A stretch of 64,000 bases of DNA from a virus. This document shows, piece after piece, positions 5,918 to 13,390 of the stretch (within the stretch, counting starts at the first letter, position 1; each line of letters begins with the position of its first letter). The DNA lies in IMG/VR virus record IMGVR_UViG_3300045988_082442, positions 128,001 through 192,000 of that record, one strand, 5' to 3'. A program made the translations under genes and the position numbers. The notes beneath the pieces are model-generated. The model ran no database searches. It was not told the origin of the DNA and saw only the letters and a program-made list of their open reading frames with translations.

Positions 5918-6679
5918 ATGTATGGTTATATCTATTTAGTGCATGACAGTCTAAATAATAGACATTATATAGGACAACACAAATGGACAAAGTATGAATT
6001 ATTAGACGAAGATTACACAAGAGGGTCTGAAAAAGCATTTAGAGATTCCCATGGATTTGATTTATTTAAGATAGACCCAAATTATTTAGGTTCAGGAAAA
6101 CATTTACAAAATGCAATTAAAAAATATGGTAAGAATTATTTTTATATACAAGATATACTTGATATTGCAGAAACAAAACAGGAGTTGAATAAAAAAGAGA
6201 AAGAATGTATTAGACATTATAAATATGTATTAGGTTATAATCTATACAATATTAGTGAGGGTGGTGATGGAGGATATACTGGTAAAGATATTAGTGGTAA
6301 GAATAACCCAATGTATGGAAAACATCATACAGAAGAAACTAAACAGAAATTAAGAGAAATTATGAAATCTAAGGATTTTGAATATTTTAAAACAGACCCT
6401 AGATTTAGACATTATGGCAAAGATAATGGAATGTATGGTAAAAATCATACTGAAGAATCAAAGGAGAGAAACAGGAAAAAACATTTAGGAAAGAAAGTAT
6501 CTGATGAAACAAGAAATAAAATGAGAAAATCACATAACCCAAATAATATGCCCCCAAATCTACAAGGATATAGAGGAATGAATAATGGAATAATATATAC
6601 AAAAATACCACCAGATAAAATAGATAAATACTTGAGTGATGGTTGGAAGTTTGGAAGAATTAAAAAGGAGGATAAATAA
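5918..6679 (+). CDS. GIY-YIG homing endonuclease with NUMOD3-like repeats
   Basis: YGYIYLV..HYIGQH (GIY..YIG), YNISEGG, and two GK(N/D)NxMYGKxHTEE repeats. It sits between the two ligase fragments with overlapping stop and start codons. Confidence 0.8.
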   Translation: MYGYIYLVHDSLNNRHYIGQHKWTKYELLDEDYTRGSEKAFRDSHGFDLFKIDPNYLGSGKHLQNAIKKYGKNYFYIQDILDIAETKQELNKKEKECIRHYKYVLGYNLYNISEGGDGGYTGKDISGKNNPMYGKHHTEETKQKLREIMKSKDFEYFKTDPRFRHYGKDNGMYGKNHTEESKERNRKKHLGKKVSDETRNKMRKSHNPNNMPPNLQGYRGMNNGIIYTKIPPDKIDKYLSDGWKFGRIKKEDK

Positions 6680-7566
6680 TGAATAGATGTGTAAATTTAG
6701 AAGAGAGTGAATATTTACCTACACAATGCCCAGCCTGTGGACATAATTTGGAGTGGGTTGGTGTTGATTTAAAATGTGTAAACACAGAATGTCCACATAT
6801 AGCAGAGAGTGATTTGGAACAGTGGTGTACTATTGTAGGAGAAACAGATGGGTTAGCATGGGTAACAATGAAGCAATATTTAGATAAATTCAATATACAT
6901 AATACAGATGATTTATATAAGAATATAAATACAATGATAGCTACATTACAAGGTGGTAATGCTTCTATAACAGATAAAAAGATTGTAGAGTTTCTAAATA
7001 AGTTATATAAAGATATGATACCAGTAGAAAAAGCATTGATGGGATTAAATATACCAAGATTAAGTGAACAGACAGCAAAATTATTAAATAAAGAGAAAGA
7101 GTTAGTACATGATTTAATGACAATAGGTTCTCAATATACTACTGTAAAGGATAGAGATATGATTTCTATTCCAGATACATTAAAGAATAAACTATTAGGA
7201 TTAGTTAAAGAAGCAACAACAGAATCTATATTAAGTAATTTAGGAAAGTTGAACACACTACATTATTTATATGAACAAGATACACCTAGAATTATATTCA
7301 ATGACAATACTGATGAAATTATAAAGGTTGCTGTTACTGGCTCATTAGAGAGTATGAAAAGAAGTGCTTTTGAGAAGTATATACAAAGTTATGGATATGA
7401 ATTATCTAGTAGTATTAAATCTTGTAAATATTTAATAACTAATAATCCGAACAGTGGTTCAAGCAAGAATAAAGATGCCCAAAAATATGGTGTTGAAATC
7501 ATAACTGAAAAAGAATTTTTAGATAAATTAGGTAAGGTAACTACTAAATCTAATACATTGTTTTAA
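6679..7566 (+). CDS. ligA: NAD-dependent DNA ligase, C-terminal fragment (Zn finger, HhH, BRCT)
   Basis: CPACGHNL..CVNTECPH zinc-finger motif. BRCT-like VAVTGSL...YLITNNPNSGSSKNKDAQKYGVEIITEKEF. The ATG overlaps the TAA of the endonuclease gene. Confidence 0.8.
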   Translation: MNRCVNLEESEYLPTQCPACGHNLEWVGVDLKCVNTECPHIAESDLEQWCTIVGETDGLAWVTMKQYLDKFNIHNTDDLYKNINTMIATLQGGNASITDKKIVEFLNKLYKDMIPVEKALMGLNIPRLSEQTAKLLNKEKELVHDLMTIGSQYTTVKDRDMISIPDTLKNKLLGLVKEATTESILSNLGKLNTLHYLYEQDTPRIIFNDNTDEIIKVAVTGSLESMKRSAFEKYIQSYGYELSSSIKSCKYLITNNPNSGSSKNKDAQKYGVEIITEKEFLDKLGKVTTKSNTLF

Positions 7567-7576
7567 GGTATAAAGA

Positions 7577-7625
7577 GGGTTTTTACAAATTTATAACAAT
7601 TTTATAACAAATTTTGTAAAAACCC
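7577..7625 (+). terminator. long hairpin after ligA whose 3' arm abuts the next -35 box
   Basis: GGGTTTTTACAAA..TTTGTAAAAACCC. The loop carries the direct repeat TTTATAACAA twice. Confidence 0.55.
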
Positions 7626-7654
7626 TTGACATTTTTTAAAACTTATAATAATAT
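7626..7654 (+). promoter_or_regulatory. sigma-70-like promoter (family)
   Basis: TTGACA, 17 nt, TAATAT. Confidence 0.6.
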
Positions 7655-7681
7655 AAGCAAAGAGGTAGGAGGTGTAACACA

Positions 7682-10432
7682 ATGGGAAATTTATTTAATT
7701 TATTGAACAATCCACCTAAAAGTGAGTTACCAAAGTATTTGAAAGGAATTACAAAATCAGTTGATATTGAAAACTGTAGAACAATGGTAAATACATTTGT
7801 AGAAGGAGTTAATTTTACAGGGGATAAGTTAATTCAATATTGTATATCAAATAACATACCTTATTTTACAAGAGGTGAATATGATGTATTTACACTAGAA
7901 GAAGTTGAATATATAATAAATGATTTGAATACATTAAAAGCTTTAGAACTCGTTTTTGATGATTTTAAAAAGAAATTTCCAAAAAGACATATAGATATGT
8001 CATTAGAACAGTTTAAGAAGAAACTGTTAAAACTAGATTTAATAAAAGATGGAGAGGAGTTGAACAAATATATGAGGTACACAAATGATACAGTAGAGTA
8101 TGTCAGAAGATTAGGTACAGAACATACAATAGAAGAATGTTTGGAAATAATAAAAGTAGACAAACCTGAATTATCAATGACAGCAGATAGACTAAATGAG
8201 ATGAAGGATAGATACTTAATCAAATTTGTTAAAGATGAGGGGATGTTTACAGAATCACAGATTGAAATGATAAAAGTATTAGCAAGAACAGAAACAGTCA
8301 AAAATACATATTTAAGAATGAGAGAGTTATATGGAATACCATGTGGATACTTAGAGTTTATTGAACAAATAAGTAGATTAAAGGCATTATCAATATATAA
8401 CATTGGTACTATAACTACACATTTAACACCATTTGAAGAAGCATATATAGAGGAATTATTAGTTTCAGAAGATAGTAATGCTGTACTATATTCTAAATTT
8501 AATAAAGCATTTCCTAATAAATATCAATATCTACAATTTGTGAAATATTTAAACGAAATTAAAACATCAAAATACAGTAATAATGAAAGCACAAACAATG
8601 ATAAATATAAAGATTTAGAAAAACTTTTAGAATCATTTAAAGGGGAAAAGACAATACAAGAATGTTTAGATGAAGCACAGAAAGATGAAAGATTTAAAGA
8701 TTGTAATTATAAATCTATTTACAACTTTATACACAGAAGAAATATACCATTTAAACAAGCAAAAAAAGGAAGAGTAGCAGGTACAAAGAATATAGATAAA
8801 AAGGATAAGACAGTATCAAGAGCTAAGGGCAGAAAGAGCATACTAGATGATATTTATGATGATTTAGTTGAAACTTTAAGTAGGGTATCAATACCAAAAA
8901 CAATTATAGAATTAAAAGAAAGATATCCAGAGAAAGCAGATAGATTAAGTTATGGTTTAATAATGCACTATGCAAAAAATCATAATATTAAAACTAAAAA
9001 GGAGACACCAGAGGAAAGACAAGATAGAATGAATAAGATGAGAGGCATAAGGGGAACAAAGAAACAGGAACAGACACAATCAAAAGATGGTAAAGTAGAT
9101 GGTAGACAAGAATTGTCTAATAAGATTTATGATGACTTAAAATCATTGTGTAAAGATTATACAAAAATGGAATGCTTAAATATTATTCGTAAGAAATACA
9201 ATGTAGACTATACTGAGACTTATATACCAAATCTAATGAATAGAAAAGGAAAACTAAAATTTAAAGTATATACAGAGTTTACAGATGATATGAAAAAGAC
9301 AATAAGTGAATTAGAAGGAACAGTAGGAAATAAGGTAAATTTATATAGGAAATTTGCAAAAGTATATCCAGGTGCTGTGTCATTAAGACAATTTTGTAAT
9401 ATGTATAATGACATGGAAAAGGCATCAGAGGAAGATACAATACATAATACAGATACTATTGGGGTATCTGCAGATGAAATTGAAAGTAAACCTATTGTAG
9501 AACCAGTTACAGAACATATAGATACAATACCAGTTAAGGAAGAAGAGCATACTGAATTTGTTGAATCAATCCAACAAAAACAACCAGTACCTGTGGAAAA
9601 ATATCAACCAATAATAGATGAGGTAAATGCAACATTTGAAAGAAAATGTAGACAGTTAGGAGTATCAGAAGATACACATCAACATACAGATGAAATCATA
9701 AAAGCATTAGGTACTATTATACAATATGCAGATAGCAAGAAACTAAACAGAATATTAAATGACCATGAAGATATATTAGAGCAATATAGAAGAGAAGTGG
9801 AACATGAAATTGAAATAGAACCTTGGTCAGATGGTGATTCTTATTGTCATAATAAATTAAAAGCAATAGGAATGAGAAGAAGAGAAGTTAAATATGCTAG
9901 AGATGACATTAATGTAATGAAAGAATTACTTGACAATATAAATACTAATATTGAACTTTATAAAAAGACATTAGAAGATTTAGAGGAGAAAAAGTTACAA
10001 AGAGAGAACTCAATATTTATTCCATTGGTGGATTCATCAATGGTAGACAGACTAGATTGGTGTAAACATGCATCTTTAAGAAGCAAAAGAGCTTATACCC
10101 CAATACTAACAACTAATGCAAAGGAAGATAGAATAAAAAGATATAAAGCACAAGGAGACAGAGATTTATGGGTAGAAAAAGAACAGACACAACCTGTATT
10201 TCAAGATAATGTAAGTAAGTCAAATAAAAATTCCCATTTAAAATCAACATATAGAGTTAAGGCAGAATTTATGGTTTTAAAAGGAAACCCTTTTGTAAAT
10301 AAATATTATGATGTTGTAACAACTAATGAAGATTTAGCAAAGGACAAAGCAATAGAGTATTTTGACTTAATAAGCTCAAATAATAATAATGCAAAATATC
10401 AAATAGTATCTGTAACAAGATTAAATAGATAA
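7682..10432 (+). CDS. large hypothetical protein (916 aa) with repeated short helical modules
   Basis: ORF track; GGAGG RBS. Segments of the form ECL(E/D/N)..K...Y.....N recur at least four times. No catalytic motif recognised. Confidence 0.7.
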   Translation: MGNLFNLLNNPPKSELPKYLKGITKSVDIENCRTMVNTFVEGVNFTGDKLIQYCISNNIPYFTRGEYDVFTLEEVEYIINDLNTLKALELVFDDFKKKFPKRHIDMSLEQFKKKLLKLDLIKDGEELNKYMRYTNDTVEYVRRLGTEHTIEECLEIIKVDKPELSMTADRLNEMKDRYLIKFVKDEGMFTESQIEMIKVLARTETVKNTYLRMRELYGIPCGYLEFIEQISRLKALSIYNIGTITTHLTPFEEAYIEELLVSEDSNAVLYSKFNKAFPNKYQYLQFVKYLNEIKTSKYSNNESTNNDKYKDLEKLLESFKGEKTIQECLDEAQKDERFKDCNYKSIYNFIHRRNIPFKQAKKGRVAGTKNIDKKDKTVSRAKGRKSILDDIYDDLVETLSRVSIPKTIIELKERYPEKADRLSYGLIMHYAKNHNIKTKKETPEERQDRMNKMRGIRGTKKQEQTQSKDGKVDGRQELSNKIYDDLKSLCKDYTKMECLNIIRKKYNVDYTETYIPNLMNRKGKLKFKVYTEFTDDMKKTISELEGTVGNKVNLYRKFAKVYPGAVSLRQFCNMYNDMEKASEEDTIHNTDTIGVSADEIESKPIVEPVTEHIDTIPVKEEEHTEFVESIQQKQPVPVEKYQPIIDEVNATFERKCRQLGVSEDTHQHTDEIIKALGTIIQYADSKKLNRILNDHEDILEQYRREVEHEIEIEPWSDGDSYCHNKLKAIGMRRREVKYARDDINVMKELLDNINTNIELYKKTLEDLEEKKLQRENSIFIPLVDSSMVDRLDWCKHASLRSKRAYTPILTTNAKEDRIKRYKAQGDRDLWVEKEQTQPVFQDNVSKSNKNSHLKSTYRVKAEFMVLKGNPFVNKYYDVVTTNEDLAKDKAIEYFDLISSNNNNAKYQIVSVTRLNR

Positions 10433-10438
10433 TGTGAA

Positions 10439-10476
10439 TACATCTAACAGTACATATTTGTTAGATGTATATTTTA
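10439..10476 (+). terminator. intrinsic terminator
   Basis: TACATCTAAC..GTTAGATGTA followed by ATTTTAT. Confidence 0.6.
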
Positions 10477-10494
10477 TATATAGGAGGATTTAAT

Positions 10495-11289
10495 ATGGGA
10501 ATAGATTATAAAACAATAAGTCATGAATTACCAGACAATTTATTATGGCTGGAAGATAGAACAATATTACTAACAAAGGCAGGTTCATACATATATGGGA
10601 CAAACATAGAAACATCAGATACAGACTATAAAGGTGTTTGTATCCCACCAAAAGAATATTATTTAGGTTTAAAATCAATAAATGAATATAATAAATCTGG
10701 TGGTAAAAACTTTGGTGAAAGAAATACCAAAGATGATATAGATATAGTTGTATGTCATATAAATAAGTTTGTAAGAGATGCTATGAATGGTATTCCAAAT
10801 AATTTAGATATACTATTTTGTAGAGATGAGGATGTAATTTATATGGATGATTTTGGTAAGGAGTTAAGAGATTTTAGACATGAGTTCTTATCAAAAGAAG
10901 TATTCAAAAAGTTCTCAGGTTACGCTTTATCACAAAAACATAAAATAGAGACTAAAAAGAATCATGGAACTGGAAGAAGAGAATTAGTAGAAGAATTTGG
11001 GTATGACTGTAAATTTGCTTATCATGCTGTAAGACTAATATTAGGTGCAACAGAAATATTAGAAACACATGATTATCATTCATATAGACCAGAAAGGGAA
11101 TGGTTAGTAGAAATAAGAAAAGGTAAATATACACTAGAAGAAATATTTGATATAATAGAAGATTTAGATGCAAAACTAAAAAGTGCTTATGAAACAAGTA
11201 CATTAAGAGAAAAACCAGATTATCATAAAATAAATAAATGGCTAATAGGTTTAAATGAAAGAGCATTGAATTATGACTTTAAAAGGTAG
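10495..11289 (+). CDS. RlaP-like (RNA-repair-associated, pol-beta-fold) nucleotidyltransferase
   Basis: AGSYIYGTNIETSDTDYKGVCIPP resembles the GS..YG....SD.D..G signature of this family. ATG at 10495 after AGGAGG. Confidence 0.55.
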   Translation: MGIDYKTISHELPDNLLWLEDRTILLTKAGSYIYGTNIETSDTDYKGVCIPPKEYYLGLKSINEYNKSGGKNFGERNTKDDIDIVVCHINKFVRDAMNGIPNNLDILFCRDEDVIYMDDFGKELRDFRHEFLSKEVFKKFSGYALSQKHKIETKKNHGTGRRELVEEFGYDCKFAYHAVRLILGATEILETHDYHSYRPEREWLVEIRKGKYTLEEIFDIIEDLDAKLKSAYETSTLREKPDYHKINKWLIGLNERALNYDFKR

Positions 11290-11297
11290 TCAGCTGC

Positions 11298-11324
11298 CGT
11301 CAGGATTCCCTAGAAATGATTTTA
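11298..11324 (+). repeat. GC-rich conserved intergenic element, copy 1
   Basis: CGTCAGGATTCCCTAGAAATGATTTT is identical to 56975-57000 except for one base. Confidence 0.6.
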
Positions 11325-11388
11325 AATGTTTAGACATAAAATTATAAGGTTGTAAATAAAATAGTCTTAAATATTGTTCAAAAAATGC

Positions 11389-11417
11389 TTGACAAAACTT
11401 AAAACTTATAGTATATT
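11389..11417 (+). promoter_or_regulatory. sigma-70-like promoter (family)
   Basis: AAAATGCTTGACAAAACTTAAAACTTATAG then TATATT. Confidence 0.65.
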
Positions 11418-11445
11418 TATAGAAACGAAGGGAGATGGGTTTTAA

Positions 11446-12213
11446 ATGGGAAATTCAAGAATAAAAACATTAAGTGATAGAATGAAAGATTATGAGTTAG
11501 CATCTGATTACAGACTAACAAAGAAAACACCTGTAATAGTGAGAATAGATGGTAAATCATTTCACACCTTTACAAAAGGATTAGATAAACCTTTTGATAG
11601 TATATTATCAGAAGCAATGAACTATGTTTGTAGAAAATTAGTAGAAACAGTACAGGGCTGTAAGTTTGCATATACACAATCAGATGAGATAAGTTTATTA
11701 TTAACAGATTGGGATAAATCAACAACAGATTGTTATTTTGATTATAGGGTACAGAAAATGGTATCAGTATTAGCTTCAGCAGCAACTATGTATTTTAATC
11801 AGTATATAGTATCAAGAGTTTTATACTGGCAAAAAGGAGAGTCAGAATTATCAGAAAAGTTATTTGATAAATGGGCTGCAAAAGCTGGTTGTGCAATGTT
11901 TGATGCAAGAGCATATAATTTGCCAAAAGAAGAAGTATGTAATTACTTTATATGGAGACAAGAAGATGCAAGCAGAAATTCTATACAGTCATTAGGCAGA
12001 AGTAGATTTTCATTTAAGCAAATGTTAAATAAAAAGAACAATGAAGTACAAGATATGCTGTTTAATGAATATGGTATAAATTGGAATCGTATAGATACTA
12101 AATGGAAAAGAGGATTTGCAGTATGTAGAGATAAAGATGGTATAAAATCAGACTTTGAGATACCATTATTTAAAAAAGATAGAGCATTTATAGACAAATA
12201 TCTTATAGTATAA
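11446..12213 (+). CDS. Thg1-like protein (tRNA 3'-5' nucleotidyltransferase / tRNA-His guanylyltransferase family)
   Basis: VIVRIDGKSFHTFTKG and YTQSDEISLLL match the two conserved Thg1 catalytic segments. The size (255 aa) fits. Confidence 0.7.
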   Translation: MGNSRIKTLSDRMKDYELASDYRLTKKTPVIVRIDGKSFHTFTKGLDKPFDSILSEAMNYVCRKLVETVQGCKFAYTQSDEISLLLTDWDKSTTDCYFDYRVQKMVSVLASAATMYFNQYIVSRVLYWQKGESELSEKLFDKWAAKAGCAMFDARAYNLPKEEVCNYFIWRQEDASRNSIQSLGRSRFSFKQMLNKKNNEVQDMLFNEYGINWNRIDTKWKRGFAVCRDKDGIKSDFEIPLFKKDRAFIDKYLIV

Positions 12214-12242
12214 GATGTTTATAATGATGAAAGGATATAAAA

Positions 12243-12392
12243 ATGTTTATATGTGATAAATGTAGAACTTGTAGTAAGTTTCCATTTTGCACAGTAACAG
12301 AGAGTAAAGATGGAAATTGTGGTGAATATTCCAAAAGAAATATTTACAAGTTTATAGAAGATAAATTAAAAGATATTGAGAATAAGAGGTAG
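12243..12392 (+). CDS. small Cys-rich protein (49 aa)
   Basis: ATG..TAG ORF with CDKCRTC..C..C; fills a gap; below the track cutoff. Confidence 0.35.
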   Translation: MFICDKCRTCSKFPFCTVTESKDGNCGEYSKRNIYKFIEDKLKDIENKR

Positions 12393-12395
12393 AAC

Positions 12396-13013
12396 ATGCT
12401 TGAATTAGAGTTATATGGACGTTGTTATAAAAAGAATAACAATATAAAAATAAATAAAGGTATTACAGTTTTAACTGGACCAAATGGGTGTGGTAAATCT
12501 TATGCTTGTCAGCAAATAAGAGATTACCTAAAAGAAAATAATAAGAAAGTATATTTTGTAGATGTATATTCAGAGGGTAAAACTATATCACAACAATATT
12601 TAGAATATGGAGATATGGAATCATTAGCAAAGCATACAGTAGCATCAGAAGGTCAAAGAGTATTTGATACACTTATAGATAATCATGCATCAAAATTAGG
12701 GGAATTTGTTAGACAACTAATAGATAATAACCTAAAAGAAGGATATATAATTATAGATGGTGCTGATAGTGGTGTTAGTATTGATTTAATGATGTCATTG
12801 AGAAGTTTATTTAGTATGATAGAAGAGGATTGTGTAGACAGTGGAATAGATATATACATAATTATAACTTCAAATAGTTTTGAATTATGTAGAAATTACG
12901 ACTGTATCTGGATACCTACAATGGAACATTATAAAAGAGGAGATGAAGCAGATGCCTATGATTTGTGGAGACACCAATATGAAAAAATCTACAAAGAAAG
13001 AAACAAGAAATAA
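12396..13013 (+). CDS. P-loop ATPase (ABC/AAA-like, small)
   Basis: Walker A GPNGCGKS and Walker-B-like YIIIDGADSG. Confidence 0.65.
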   Translation: MLELELYGRCYKKNNNIKINKGITVLTGPNGCGKSYACQQIRDYLKENNKKVYFVDVYSEGKTISQQYLEYGDMESLAKHTVASEGQRVFDTLIDNHASKLGEFVRQLIDNNLKEGYIIIDGADSGVSIDLMMSLRSLFSMIEEDCVDSGIDIYIIITSNSFELCRNYDCIWIPTMEHYKRGDEADAYDLWRHQYEKIYKERNKK

Positions 13014-13269
13014 GATTGTAGAAGAATATAAAAGAATATACAGTAGAAAGTATAGAAGAGCTCATTATAAGAGTAAATGGGTATTACAATCTGGTAATCA
13101 ACTAGCAGAAGAAGATTTTAAATCTTGGTGTCAAGAATCAAAAGTTATAATGAGAAAGCATAAAGTTGGATTAATTACTGATGATGATATGTTGGGGTAT
13201 ATAAATAAATGGATAGAACAAGATGTTAAGATAAAAGAAGAAATAGATATACTTGCTTTGAGCAAGTAA
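12978..13269 (+). CDS. basic hypothetical protein
   Basis: ORF-track frame 12880-13269. ATG at 12978 after GGAGA is preferred. It overlaps the end of the ATPase gene. Confidence 0.5.
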
Positions 13270-13278
13270 TAGATATAA

Positions 13279-13315
13279 GGGTAATTTTATAACCCTTGCA
13301 GGAAACTGCGAACTA
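13279..13315 (+). promoter_or_regulatory. conserved double-hairpin leader motif, copy C
   Basis: GGGTAATTTTATAACCC TT GCAGGAAACTGC GAACT, 10 nt after a stop codon. Confidence 0.7.
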
Positions 13316-13334
13316 TTTTTAATAGATATAAAAG
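13316..13334 (+). repeat. strongly truncated CRISPR-repeat remnant
   Basis: TTTTTAATAGATATAAAAG keeps the repeat's 5' end and its terminal AAAG. It is followed by the palindrome AAAAGCTTTT and a T-run. Confidence 0.3.
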
Positions 13335-13390
13335 CTTTTTTCGATACCCCAATTTATAAGATAAATAAAACAGAATAGAGGTAGGAAGTT

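Noticed and set aside
5900-6700. Group I intron or intein as the explanation for the interrupted ligase
   Set aside because: The endonuclease ORF starts 1 nt after the ligase N-fragment stop, and its own stop overlaps the C-fragment ATG. That leaves no space for an intron core. The endonuclease is not in frame as an intein and has no intein splicing blocks.
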